From assembly GCA_041178085.1 (NCBI GenBank), contig JBEGVZ010000068.1, positions 1 through 39,427 of the forward strand: a stretch of DNA of 39,427 nt, given 5' to 3'. A model generated the notes under the pieces. It was given only the letters and a program-made list of their open reading frames with translations. It had not been told where the DNA came from and did no database searches. The stretch is from Pseudomonadota bacterium (GTDB lineage Bacteria; Bdellovibrionota_B; Oligoflexia; Oligoflexales; RGVZ01). How positions within the stretch are numbered: the stretch's first letter is position 1; each line of letters starts with the position of its first letter. Shown here piece after piece: positions 10,535 through 19,814 of this stretch. Made by a program: the position numbers and the translations under genes.

Positions 10535-11328
10535 AGCTTCTGTCCATGCCCCCTGCTGCGCAGCTCCAGGTGGTATTGCTTGCCGCCGGTCTGGCCATGC
10601 TGGGGGGGTGGGTCTACCAGTTCCGTCACCGCGAGGCGAGCGTTGTGGATGCAATCTGGGCGCTGGGAATCGGTTCAGCGTGTGTCTATTACGCAGCCGT
10701 TTCCGCGGGCGATCCACAGCGCAGGGCTCTGGTTGCCGCTACGGGTGGATACTGGGGATGGCGGCTTGGATCCTATCTGCTGAAATACCGCGTGATCGGT
10801 AAACCAGAGGATGCACGCTATCGCAGGCTGCGCGAACACTGGGGCGCCGCGGCCAACCGGAATTTCTTTTTATTCTTTCAGTTCCAGGCTGTCTTGATCT
10901 TGTTGTTTTCTTTGCCAGCGTGGGTCGCGTGCAACAACCCCGCCCGGCCGTTCGCGTGGACGGACTGGCTGGCGGCTGTGATCGCCCTTGGCGCGATAGG
11001 TGGGGAGACACTTGCCGACAGGCAATTATCCCGGTTTCGAGCTCGTCCTGAAAGCAAGGGCAAGACCTGCCGGGATGGCTTGTGGAAGTACTCCCGCCAC
11101 CCCAATTATTTTTTTGAGTGGGTTCACTGGTTCAGTTATCCGGTTTATGCGATCGGATCTGGTTTCTGGTGGCTGACCTTGCTTGGGCCGGTGCTGATGT
11201 TCTGGTTTCTCTACAAGATCACCGGAATTCCGTGGACGGAAGAACAAGCAATCAAGTCACGGGGGGATGACTACCGTGAATACCAGCGTACGACCAGCAT
11301 GTTCATTCCCTGGTTCCCGAAACGATAA
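10525..11328 (+). CDS. DUF1295 family membrane protein (steroid 5-alpha-reductase-like)
   Basis: [42 protein letters not shown] motifs. Multiple hydrophobic segments. Confidence 0.92.
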   Translation: MQIELLSMPPAAQLQVVLLAAGLAMLGGWVYQFRHREASVVDAIWALGIGSACVYYAAVSAGDPQRRALVAATGGYWGWRLGSYLLKYRVIGKPEDARYRRLREHWGAAANRNFFLFFQFQAVLILLFSLPAWVACNNPARPFAWTDWLAAVIALGAIGGETLADRQLSRFRARPESKGKTCRDGLWKYSRHPNYFFEWVHWFSYPVYAIGSGFWWLTLLGPVLMFWFLYKITGIPWTEEQAIKSRGDDYREYQRTTSMFIPWFPKR

Positions 11329-11359
11329 ATGTGGCCCGCAAGGGTTGGAGGTTTTAGCG

Positions 11360-12391
11360 ATGCAGTCAGCGATTGATCTGGTTGAGCGTGGATTGGTTCC
11401 GGACTGGGCAACCCGCCTGGGGATCCGCAACTTGCTGCAGCGGCGCCTTGCCGAACGCCATAACGATATCGAGCAGGACAGGGCCAGCCAGCAAGTTTTC
11501 ATCGGAAAACTTCGGTCCAGCCCTCTTGCCATTGAAACTGGCAAGGCAAATGAACAGCACTACGAGGTCCCGCCGGAGTTCTTCCAGATGGTCCTTGGCA
11601 AACGCTTGAAGTACAGCAGTTGCTTTTACCCGGAAGGTTGTCACAGCCTGGACCAGGCAGAGGAGCACATGCTCCGTGTCACCTGCGAGCGGGCGCAACT
11701 CCAAGACGGGATGGATATCCTGGAGCTTGGTTGTGGTTGGGGGTCGCTGACCTTGTGGATGGCAGAAAAATACCCGAATTCACGCATCACGGCTGTTTCC
11801 AATTCAGCGCCGCAGAGAAAATTCATCGAGGCGCGTTGTCAAGAACGTGGATTCAAGAACGTCCAGATCATCACGTGTGACATGAATGTCTTCACCATCG
11901 ACAGCAAGTTTGACCGCGTTGTCTCGGTGGAGATGTTTGAACACATGCGAAACTACAAAGAACTTCTTGCGCGGATATCAGGATGGCTCAAGCCGGACGG
12001 AAAGCTGTTTTTCCATATTTTTGTCCATGACAACTATGCCTATCCGTTTTCCGACGAGAAAGATGATGACTGGATGGCACGGCATTTTTTCTCCGGTGGA
12101 ATCATGCCGAGCGATGATCTGCTTTTATATTTCCAGGAAGACCTTGTGGTCGAGCATCATCACCGCGTGAGTGGCGTTCATTACGCCAAGACGTCAGAGG
12201 ACTGGTTGCGAAATCTCGATCGTCGGCGGCACGAGGTGCTCAACCTGTTCCAGCGCGACATGAGCCGCCTTGAGGCGATCCGTCAGGTCAACCGCTGGCG
12301 GATGTTTTTCATGGCCTGCGCGGAGCTGTTCGGGTTCAGGGGCGGGCAGGAGTGGTACGTGTCCCACTATCTTTACAAAAAACGAACTTGA
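11360..12391 (+). CDS. Second SAM-dependent methyltransferase (Cfa/coclaurine N-methyltransferase-like)
   Basis: GGAGG RBS before ATG 11360. [59 protein letters not shown]. Confidence 0.9.
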   Translation: MQSAIDLVERGLVPDWATRLGIRNLLQRRLAERHNDIEQDRASQQVFIGKLRSSPLAIETGKANEQHYEVPPEFFQMVLGKRLKYSSCFYPEGCHSLDQAEEHMLRVTCERAQLQDGMDILELGCGWGSLTLWMAEKYPNSRITAVSNSAPQRKFIEARCQERGFKNVQIITCDMNVFTIDSKFDRVVSVEMFEHMRNYKELLARISGWLKPDGKLFFHIFVHDNYAYPFSDEKDDDWMARHFFSGGIMPSDDLLLYFQEDLVVEHHHRVSGVHYAKTSEDWLRNLDRRRHEVLNLFQRDMSRLEAIRQVNRWRMFFMACAELFGFRGGQEWYVSHYLYKKRT

Positions 12392-12450
12392 ACAAATCGG
12401 TGAATGGGCAATATAGCTTCCGGCGGTGGATACGCTCAGGGGGTGCCATA

Positions 12451-13026
12451 ATGAACAATTGGATTTTTTCTGGTTCGATTCCTGCTGTGATTGCCGCAGT
12501 GTTGATGTTGTCCACTCACGGCTTTGCAGTCGATGATCCCATCGGACTGTGCCGGACACAGGAAGGCGCGGTCCGGGAGATTGTGAGCAAGGAACTCGGA
12601 TTTTCAGAGGCCCATGTGGAGGTTGATGCGGCGACGATTTGCCGCATGAATGCCGCGGGTCAGGGCAAGTTAGACGTAGTACAGGCAGCCCGCGCAGCCT
12701 TGCTAAGTTTCCTGTCTGATCGCAAGGACATCGAGTCACCCCTGGCCCTGGCGACACAGCTGGCGTTTGATGAATCAGGTCTGCCGTGGTCGGAACCTGT
12801 GCCGGATGAGATCCACGCTGCTGCAGTTGCCATCCTGCGTAATGAATTAAACTCCGAAAAGACTACGATCCGTCTGCTTCCCCCGGGAACATCCGCAGAG
12901 CACGGAGAGCCCGCTGGTCCAAACTGGGTCTTTCGCATGACCGCGAAAGGCCTGTCGGATCATATTTTTTGGGGCATCGTGGACCGTGCCGGCGTGATTC
13001 CACCTTATAACTACGGTTTTAACTGA
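12451..13026 (+). CDS. Hypothetical secreted protein (191 aa)
   Basis: AGGGGG SD-like run before ATG 12451. Hydrophobic signal peptide ending in THGFA. C-terminus LSDHIFWGIVDR.G..PYNYGFN looks conserved, but the family was not recognised. Confidence 0.72.
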   Translation: MNNWIFSGSIPAVIAAVLMLSTHGFAVDDPIGLCRTQEGAVREIVSKELGFSEAHVEVDAATICRMNAAGQGKLDVVQAARAALLSFLSDRKDIESPLALATQLAFDESGLPWSEPVPDEIHAAAVAILRNELNSEKTTIRLLPPGTSAEHGEPAGPNWVFRMTAKGLSDHIFWGIVDRAGVIPPYNYGFN

Positions 13027-13056
13027 GATTTCAGCGTCTGGGCTTCGTCTTTCCTG

Positions 13057-13083
13057 TCAAGTTTTCGGGTAAAATGCCGAAGG
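13057..13083 (+). promoter_or_regulatory. Putative sigma28 (FliA)-type promoter for the CAP-domain gene
   Basis: TCAAGTTT-N11-GCCGAAGG in the intergenic region, 27 nt before ATG 13111. Confidence 0.62.
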
Positions 13084-13110
13084 GACAGTGAATTTCGGGG
13101 GGATCGTTCC

Positions 13111-14802
13111 ATGCGCGGGTTCGCTTTGGGTGGGATGTTTTCGGCGTTACCAATGTCGCTGGCGGTCTGTCTTTCTTTGACCACCTCATGCCGGCGCAAT
13201 AACCAGGCCGGGACGCGCACCCTGGATAACCTCGAAAGACTGGGTCCGCTGGAATTCTCTGAATGTGGTGGTGAATTTCCCGTTCATCCTTCCGCTGGCA
13301 AAATGAACTTGCCAGGGCATTTGTTGTCCTCGTTGACTGCGGTGCCCACCCGCTTGCAGGAATCTTTTTTCACGGACTTGAACGGACGCATCGAGGTGTC
13401 TCCGGAACTTGCCGGTATTTGCTGGCCTGATGCATCGAAACGACCGGTACGGGAAGACGACGTTTCCGGGTGTGTGCGCCAATACGGAGATTCCTCGCGT
13501 CCGCTGGCAATTCATGTCCAGAGCGGGGGAGTGAATTCTGCCAGGGGCCGGGAATCTTATGCCCTGCTTTTGCGTTTTGGTTTCGTATTCGCCAACCAAG
13601 TGACTAACCGCGACCTGAGTGCTGCGGGTGAGGTCAAGTTTTTTGGCCCGCTTGACGGGGATCCCGGCGCGACGCGGGAAGCCGTTGCTTTGGCTTTTCT
13701 CGCCGATGCCAGTGCGCGGGGAGACCGCGCGGCCCAGGCGATCCTGCAATTTGGTATACCGCGTGATGTGACTCTGGCACCCGGTCAGCAAGCCCGCATG
13801 ACCGCGTGGAGAAAGCTGGATCCAGCTGTCCGCAGTGATTTCGCAGGACGTGTGATGGCTGAGGCCTTTCATTCCCGTTATTGCTCGCGCTCTTCGCTTG
13901 ATTCCATGCTGTCCCGTTATCCGCAGACGGCGTCGGTTTTTGAGGTGATCGCCGCAGATTTGGAGGCACGCGCACCCCGTCGGCTCGCCGCCAGGTCGGA
14001 AAAGGCCAAGGCGACGAATTCGGCCGGTAAGGATATTTCAGCTTCTTGGCTGGGTTGGTACGGAACATACGATCATGCAGCGGCAGCCCGTCGAGCCAAC
14101 AACCTTGATATGGGAGTTGCCGCGCGGGCGGACTTGGCGGCTGCGATTGAAGCGAATGTATTTATCGGTGGGGAACGTTCCCCAGACGATCAATCGCTCG
14201 CTTTGCGGACTGCCAAGAGCATGGATCTGAAACAGCTGGTGGGTTTTCTGTTTCAGGCCTTGGGCGGTCTTTCTTCCGGAAACATGGGTAACCTGCAGGG
14301 GCTTCTTGGCAATTTGCTGGGTGGTGGCGGAGGAAATTTGCCACTTCCAACGCCAGGGCCTGCGCCAGGTCCACAGCCCGGACCTGGACCTGGACCAGCA
14401 CCTGGACCAGGACCGGCGCCAACGGCTGCTCCGCCTGGCGGGAATACACCACCCGCACCGCAAGGTGTCGACCCGCTTGCAAAAGCGGCTTTCGACAAGG
14501 GTAACGAATACCGCGCGAAGGAGGGCAAGTCCGCACTTCAGTGGGACGATACGATTTATGACGAGTGTAATCGCCAGGCCCAGGCTCAAGTTGGCGGCGG
14601 CCTGAATCACATTCTTGTGCCATGGGGCACTTCCCGCGCCGAAAACATTGCTTACGGCCAAAATACCGGAGAAGAAGTCGCTACAACCTGGTTCAATTCG
14701 CCAGGACACTACAAGAACCTGATGGGTTCGCACACCCATTCGGCCGTCGGAAAGGCAGTCGGGCCCGGGTCTACCGTGCAGTGGTGCCAGCGTTTCAGGT
14801 GA
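13111..14802 (+). CDS. Lipoprotein with C-terminal CAP (SCP/PR-1) domain, Pro/Gly linker and putative degenerate ATLF-like N-terminal domain
   Basis: Lipobox-like LTTSC (Cys27). CAP motifs N.YR..G..L.WD, H, AENIAYG, W.NSPGH..N. Confidence 0.85.
   Translation: MRGFALGGMFSALPMSLAVCLSLTTSCRRNNQAGTRTLDNLERLGPLEFSECGGEFPVHPSAGKMNLPGHLLSSLTAVPTRLQESFFTDLNGRIEVSPELAGICWPDASKRPVREDDVSGCVRQYGDSSRPLAIHVQSGGVNSARGRESYALLLRFGFVFANQVTNRDLSAAGEVKFFGPLDGDPGATREAVALAFLADASARGDRAAQAILQFGIPRDVTLAPGQQARMTAWRKLDPAVRSDFAGRVMAEAFHSRYCSRSSLDSMLSRYPQTASVFEVIAADLEARAPRRLAARSEKAKATNSAGKDISASWLGWYGTYDHAAAARRANNLDMGVAARADLAAAIEANVFIGGERSPDDQSLALRTAKSMDLKQLVGFLFQALGGLSSGNMGNLQGLLGNLLGGGGGNLPLPTPGPAPGPQPGPGPGPAPGPGPAPTAAPPGGNTPPAPQGVDPLAKAAFDKGNEYRAKEGKSALQWDDTIYDECNRQAQAQVGGGLNHILVPWGTSRAENIAYGQNTGEEVATTWFNSPGHYKNLMGSHTHSAVGKAVGPGSTVQWCQRFR
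14341..14460 (+). repeat. Pro-Gly low-complexity tandem repeat (PGPAPGPQPGPGPGPAPGPGPAP) linker inside the CAP gene
   Basis: Imperfect hexamer repeats (cctgga/ccagga) visible in the DNA. Confidence 0.8.
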
Positions 14803-14838
14803 ACTTCAAATCGCCGATATTATTGACTTAAATAAGCT

Positions 14839-14865
14839 TCAACTTTCCCGTCTTTTCTCCGATCT
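14839..14865 (+). promoter_or_regulatory. Putative sigma28-type promoter for HNH-serB (a second candidate lies at 14794-14820)
   Basis: TCAACTTT-N11-TCCGATCT. The upstream candidate reads TTCAG-N14-GCCGATAT. Confidence 0.45.
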
Positions 14866-14927
14866 CTTTGTGGGAGGGAGGGAGACTGGCATCACGACCC
14901 CTCGTCGTGAGACAATAGTCTTCAGCA

Positions 14928-15437
14928 ATGAGAACTTTGATCCTCAATGCAGGTTACGAGCCCTTGCAGCTGGTCAGCTGGCAGAAAGCCATCTGTCTGG
15001 TTTTGACAAGCAAGGCCGAGGTTGTCGCCGAATACGGCCAGGTCGTCCGCACCATTTCCACCATGTATCCATTGCCTAGTGTCGTGCGCCTGAAGCGCTA
15101 CGCGCGAGTCGTGCGCCGTTTATCTCTTGCACGCTGCACGCGGAAGAACGTCTTCCTTCGTGACAAGTTCCAGTGCCAGTATTGCGGCGCCCAGTGTCGT
15201 GCAGGCAGCATCACCATCGATCATGTCGTACCCAAGTCCCGTGGAGGTTCCACTTCCTGGGAAAACGTAGTCGCCGCTTGTCAGGATTGCAATCGGCGAA
15301 AGGGCAACAGAACCCCGGAGAGCGTCGGGCTGAAGCTTCGGCGATCTCCCCGTCGTCCAGGTTGGCGAGAACTTCTTGAGGATACGCACAAGGAAGTCTC
15401 GGCAGACTGGTTGCCTTACCTTGACGCCGCAGGTTGA
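14928..15437 (+). CDS. HNH endonuclease (McrA/HNH_5-like, stand-alone)
   Basis: L.LNA.YEPL...W.KAI.L, PSV.RL, R.NVF.RD...CQYCG, TIDHV.P.SRGG...WEN.V.AC..CN..KG.RTP. Confidence 0.93.
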   Translation: MRTLILNAGYEPLQLVSWQKAICLVLTSKAEVVAEYGQVVRTISTMYPLPSVVRLKRYARVVRRLSLARCTRKNVFLRDKFQCQYCGAQCRAGSITIDHVVPKSRGGSTSWENVVAACQDCNRRKGNRTPESVGLKLRRSPRRPGWRELLEDTHKEVSADWLPYLDAAG

Positions 15438-16360
15438 CGATGCCCGACGCTTTCAACCTGGTCGTTTGTCGCAACGACTTGCTTGCGCTTCAGGGACATT
15501 TACCTGCTTCGGTACGAGCCCGCCTTCGTGATAACATTCCAGACAGCAAATCACATGTTTTGAAAGAATCATTCCCAGGCGAAGAAGACCCGTTTTTGTC
15601 GCTGAAAATCGATGCCGCAGAGGCTGCTGCAGTTGACGGGGTGAAACATGCGCTTTTCGACGCGAACGTTACGGTGGGACTTGCACGGATTTACCCATCA
15701 GCCGCGCCCCCGCGGCAACGCACCTGTTTTTTTGACATGGACGCCACCGTTGTTGCGCAAGAGTCGATCGTGGAACTGGCGCGTGCTGTTGGGAAAGAAG
15801 CGGAAGTTGAAGCCATCACCCGTCAAGCGATGGCTGGTGAGACCCCTTTTCGTGCCGCGTTGGAAAAGCGGCTCGCAATTTTGACTGGAATGCCCGAGGC
15901 GCTCCTGCCGCGGGTCGAAGCTGGCATCACAATCAACCCTGGCATGGAAGCATTCGCCCGTTGGGCATCTGCCGCCGGAATTCGCTGTTATATAGTCTCA
16001 GGCGGGTTTATTGAATTTGCCGGCCCGCTGGCCCGCCGTCTGGGCTTTGCGGGGGCCTTCGCTCATAAACTCGTGTTTGAAAACGGGCGATTCACCGGCC
16101 GGATCGAAGGCGAGGTGGTTGATTCCGCAGGTAAGGCGGCGATTGTGAGGCGTGAGTCCGCTCGCCTTGGCCTGACTCCAGAAAATGTCGTGGCTATCGG
16201 GGATGGCGCGAATGACCTGGAGATGATGCAGTGGGCTGGTCTTGCTGTGGGTTATCAGCCTAAGCGCGTTCTCTTTCCGGCAATCGATGCGGCCAACTTT
16301 CACGGCGATCATCGCATGCTGATTCGCTTGCTGGGCGGTGGACCTGACATCAGCAAGTAG
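15434..16360 (+). CDS. serB: Phosphoserine phosphatase SerB (HAD superfamily)
   Basis: FDMDAT (motif I), E.I.ELA, IT..AM.GE..F..AL..R, VSGGF, K, GDGANDL.M. TTGA overlap with the HNH stop (alternative ATG at 15440). Confidence 0.9.
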   Translation: MTMPDAFNLVVCRNDLLALQGHLPASVRARLRDNIPDSKSHVLKESFPGEEDPFLSLKIDAAEAAAVDGVKHALFDANVTVGLARIYPSAAPPRQRTCFFDMDATVVAQESIVELARAVGKEAEVEAITRQAMAGETPFRAALEKRLAILTGMPEALLPRVEAGITINPGMEAFARWASAAGIRCYIVSGGFIEFAGPLARRLGFAGAFAHKLVFENGRFTGRIEGEVVDSAGKAAIVRRESARLGLTPENVVAIGDGANDLEMMQWAGLAVGYQPKRVLFPAIDAANFHGDHRMLIRLLGGGPDISK

Positions 16361-16438
16361 ACAAAGTGATCAAGTTTTGGTCGGATTTTGCTCGCCTGGC
16401 GGTACTGTGACTTATGGGTTTCATTCTGTTCTTTTCTG

Positions 16439-16530
16439 TAAGTCACTGAATTCATGTCATAAAAATCATCAGTTCAGGCGCAAACGGAGTTTGTGCCGCT
16501 GGCCGGGTCCGTCTTGGCCCGCTCCTTGCT
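16439..16530 (+). promoter_or_regulatory. Putative sigma54 promoter (-24/-12 at 16515-16530) with upstream IHF-like site (16439-16451)
   Basis: TGGCCCG-CTCC-TTGCT matches TGGCACG-N4-TTGCW with exact spacing. TAAGTCACTGAAT is a one-mismatch reverse match to WATCARNNNNTTR, about 65 bp upstream. Confidence 0.68.
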
Positions 16531-16621
16531 CCTCTGTCCCCATACAGTTCGCGGAACCGGTAGAGGGGATCCCCAGGTGAGGGATTTGCTGGTTGATAGC
16601 GGCAAACAGGAGGAGATTCAC

Positions 16622-17869
16622 ATGGGCACGAACAACAACAACAAGAAGTCGTATACGTTCTTCTCCCGCATCGCAGCGGGCCTTATCACCGTCGCTCTTG
16701 CAGGCAACGTCGTTGCGTGCGGTGACATCGTGTTGAAAGTGAACAAGAAGGGCAACTCAGCCAACACCGCATCGTCTGGCCAGGTCAGCCTGGTGGCTTC
16801 GGAAGATTTCTTGAAGCACCTCGACAACCTCAAGGTGATTGCTTCGGACATGTTGATCAAGGAACTTGCTTCTAAGGATTACGTCGGAAACTTCCGCAAA
16901 TCCTTCCGCAAGTATCGTCAATTCATCATCGAACGCGGAGAAAACTACCAGTTGCGCGGTGATGGTTTTTACAACGGCAGCAGTGAGTGCCGCGACCTTG
17001 GCCTCTCCCTGAACATGAACGAAATGGACGAGACTCTGGGCATGCTGCTCAAGACGGCCGTCCTTGCGAAAGTGAGCGAAGTCAGCGCAGCCAAGATGAA
17101 CCCGGCGATCAGCAAGGAACTGTCCGCGATCTCGCAATTGATCCTGCGTGAACTCGGCCTGGAAGTTGCCGGTCAGTCGACAGTCGACAAGACGGACGAA
17201 GCGACCATCACGACCGGCCAGGTGGTGATGCGCCTTAAAGAAATCCCGGATGAGAAGATTGACGGCGAAGCTATCTCTGCCGACATGAAGGTGCGTGATG
17301 CAGCTGAGACAGTAACCCTTCAGTTTACCCGCAGCCTTGGTGCTGGCAGCGTCGGTCACTTCGATGCCCGTATCACTGCCAAGCAGTTGGTAGACACAGT
17401 GTCTGGCCAGACCAAAGATGTGATCGGCACCGTCACGGTAGATCGCTTCAAAGAAGAGTCAAAGTTTATTCACACAGTATTCATGACGGTCGCCAAGGCC
17501 GGTCTCTCGCCGCACTTCTCGCGCATGCTGAGCTTCCGCGAAGCAGGTGGCAGCCGCGGCCGGATCGAGATGGTTGATACGTTGAACGCAGGCCTCGATG
17601 GCCAGGTTTCCTACGCAACCGTGTTGGACGCCGAAAAAGGTAGCCAGTGTAAACTTTCTGGCTCCGAAGCTTCGGATGTGATCGAGGACATCAGCAACCC
17701 GCTTGACAAGGATCCGGCAAGCCCATCGGACAAGGAAATCGTCCCGATCGATGACAAAGTGGGAAGTCCTGAGCCGACCCCGGTTCCGACGACGACCACG
17801 ACGCCTTCAAAGCCGGTAGTGTCCCAGACGCCCGTGCAGAAGGTTTCTCAGACCCCAGTCCAGAAGTAA
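16622..17869 (+). CDS. Hypothetical lipoprotein (415 aa) with Pro/Thr-rich tail
   Basis: Strong AGGAGGAG RBS before ATG 16622. Lipobox VVAC. Tail PEPTPVPTTTTTP followed by duplicated VSQTPVQK. Confidence 0.85.
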   Translation: MGTNNNNKKSYTFFSRIAAGLITVALAGNVVACGDIVLKVNKKGNSANTASSGQVSLVASEDFLKHLDNLKVIASDMLIKELASKDYVGNFRKSFRKYRQFIIERGENYQLRGDGFYNGSSECRDLGLSLNMNEMDETLGMLLKTAVLAKVSEVSAAKMNPAISKELSAISQLILRELGLEVAGQSTVDKTDEATITTGQVVMRLKEIPDEKIDGEAISADMKVRDAAETVTLQFTRSLGAGSVGHFDARITAKQLVDTVSGQTKDVIGTVTVDRFKEESKFIHTVFMTVAKAGLSPHFSRMLSFREAGGSRGRIEMVDTLNAGLDGQVSYATVLDAEKGSQCKLSGSEASDVIEDISNPLDKDPASPSDKEIVPIDDKVGSPEPTPVPTTTTTPSKPVVSQTPVQKVSQTPVQK

Positions 17870-17898
17870 TCTCCTGACTTCTGGTTTGTGGTTCCTCT

Positions 17899-17950
17899 AC
17901 CCGGGGGATGGATAGCCCACGCTGTCCATCCCTTGGGTCGAATCTTTTTT
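17899..17950 (+). terminator. Intrinsic terminator hairpin between convergent genes
   Basis: ACCCGGGGGATGGATAGC-CCAC-GCTGTCCATCCCTTGGGT forms an 18-bp stem with G-U pairs, followed by CGAATCTTTTTT. Confidence 0.75.
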
Positions 17951-17952
17951 GG

Positions 17953-19749
17953 TCAATCGGTGAATTTCCAGGTGTGGGCAGAACTGCTCGACCAGCCGTC
18001 ATGACCGCCAAGCTCAAATCCTTGCACACGTTTTGCGACCGCGGCAACCACCGGCCGGCGGAACAACGGAATGAATGGCAGATCGGCTGATATTTTTTGT
18101 TCCAGGTTTTTCAGGATTTCCTGCCTTGCGGCGGAGCCCCATTCGGAACGCAACGCATCGAGCATCTCATCCACTTCCTTGTTACTCCAGCCGGCTGCGT
18201 TTTCACCGCTGTAGTTGTTCTGGAGGGTCGGTATTTGCCTGGTTGCCAGTATTGCATCGGGTACAGTCGCAGCAGGCATGCGCCACGCATACAATGCAAG
18301 GTACTTGAACCTCACCTTGCGCAGGGTTTCCCGCGAAAAGGTTTCTGGTGGATGCTCCCTGACGACGACCTTCATGCCGGCCTCTTGCAGCTGGCGTGTG
18401 ACGGAGCGCATCACTTCACCCCGCATGCTGTCGACCAGGCTTGTGTCCATTTCCACTTCCAGCACACGACCTTCTTTCTGCCAGAAGTTGCCTTCTGGAG
18501 TGATCGTCCGGTTCCAACCGCTTTGCTGCAGCAGTGCTGACGCCTCAGATGGGGCGTAGCCCAGGACTTTATGGGAGAATTTCAGCGCGTTCATGAGTTC
18601 CCCGGTGTCCGTCCGGACGGGCAGTCCGGTCATCGCCGGATGGAGCACGCCGTACGCCATGGGCAGCCCTTGCGGCATGCCCGCTACCCGCGCAAGTTCA
18701 TGGCGGTTGATGCTCAGACTGATTGCTTTGCGCAGGTTGATGTCAGTTAGCAGGGGATTTCGCAAGTTGAAGTCGAGATGTTCCACCTCGGTTCCCAGCG
18801 CAGAGTAAAGTGGCGGCAAAGAGGGCATTTTCCTGAGCAGGAACGGGTTGGTGTCGGTCTCTGGGACGATATCGGCACGCCCCTCTGCGACGTCCGTCAA
18901 TGCAGTTTTTTCGTCGCGGTAGAAACGGATGGTGATTTGTTGAGCCCGTGCCTTACCCTTGGCAAACCCGGGATTCGCTTCCAGCAGGACAAAAGCCTGC
19001 GCCCCCGAAGCCCTCGGTTGAGGCATTCGCGGCATCCATGGCCCGCTATACAAACCAGGCTTGCCAGGGTCGATCACGTACGTGGAATTTTTCAGGTAAT
19101 CCGCATGCACACCTGCTGCGTTTTCCCAGACTGGGCCCTCGATGTGAGCTGGCACCGGCCGCAAGCTGAACGCAAACCAGAAATCTCCCGCCGGTTCTTT
19201 CAGCTCCATGGAAAAACGCCGGGTAGACTTTGCGTCGACAGTGACTTCTTTGATCGCCCTTGCGGTGTTTCCTGCGCGGGAGGAGGGCGACATTGCCATG
19301 GCGATTTGCCAGGCCAACCGGAAATCATTGCCAGTCACGGGTGTCCCGTCCCCCCATTTCGCAATGGCTGGTATCTCGAAATCAAGGACAAGGCCTTCCT
19401 TGCCGCCTCGACCTGATTTTCCCTGCGCCTTCAGCTTTCGGATCTGGCCGTTTTCCGCTGATGGCAGCGAGGTGCATAATTGGCACTCCCACTTCCAGTC
19501 CCGGTCAAGTCCGACGAGGCGTCCGTGAACGAGGTTTCGCAGCCACGATTCACGAGGGGTGGCATCCGCAAGCGGATGCAAGACTGCCGCCCAAGACCCA
19601 GCAGAGAGGGTCGTGGCAATGACTGGTAGCCGTCCGTCCGCGGCGGTTGCGATACTCTGATTTCCAGGGAAGCTCATGAATCCGGCAAGAAGGATCGTGT
19701 CCAGACGGAATAATGGTCTGATGTTATGTTTGAAAAACCGTATTTTCAT
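17953..19749 (-). CDS. Peptide/nickel ABC transporter substrate-binding protein (SBP family 5, OppA/DppA-like)
   Basis: LPS.ENG, KWGDG.PVT..DF, GP, EHLDFNL.NP.L.D..LR.AI...INR, G.N..GW.N.EVD, DLPFIPL. Start uncertain (19749-19797). Confidence 0.88.
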   Translation of the reverse strand: MKIRFFKHNIRPLFRLDTILLAGFMSFPGNQSIATAADGRLPVIATTLSAGSWAAVLHPLADATPRESWLRNLVHGRLVGLDRDWKWECQLCTSLPSAENGQIRKLKAQGKSGRGGKEGLVLDFEIPAIAKWGDGTPVTGNDFRLAWQIAMAMSPSSRAGNTARAIKEVTVDAKSTRRFSMELKEPAGDFWFAFSLRPVPAHIEGPVWENAAGVHADYLKNSTYVIDPGKPGLYSGPWMPRMPQPRASGAQAFVLLEANPGFAKGKARAQQITIRFYRDEKTALTDVAEGRADIVPETDTNPFLLRKMPSLPPLYSALGTEVEHLDFNLRNPLLTDINLRKAISLSINRHELARVAGMPQGLPMAYGVLHPAMTGLPVRTDTGELMNALKFSHKVLGYAPSEASALLQQSGWNRTITPEGNFWQKEGRVLEVEMDTSLVDSMRGEVMRSVTRQLQEAGMKVVVREHPPETFSRETLRKVRFKYLALYAWRMPAATVPDAILATRQIPTLQNNYSGENAAGWSNKEVDEMLDALRSEWGSAARQEILKNLEQKISADLPFIPLFRRPVVAAVAKRVQGFELGGHDGWSSSSAHTWKFTD

Positions 19750-19814
19750 GATCTTGACCAACTGAGTTCCCGACCTGTTAGCCATCGTCCCCGGCAATCA
19801 AGCCCGTGACAGGC

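Noticed and set aside
14928..15437. HNH gene as part of a defence or RNA-guided (IscB/Cas9-like) system
   Set aside because: It is a small stand-alone McrA-type HNH with no RuvC, methylase, array or long flanking ncRNA, and it is coupled to housekeeping serB.
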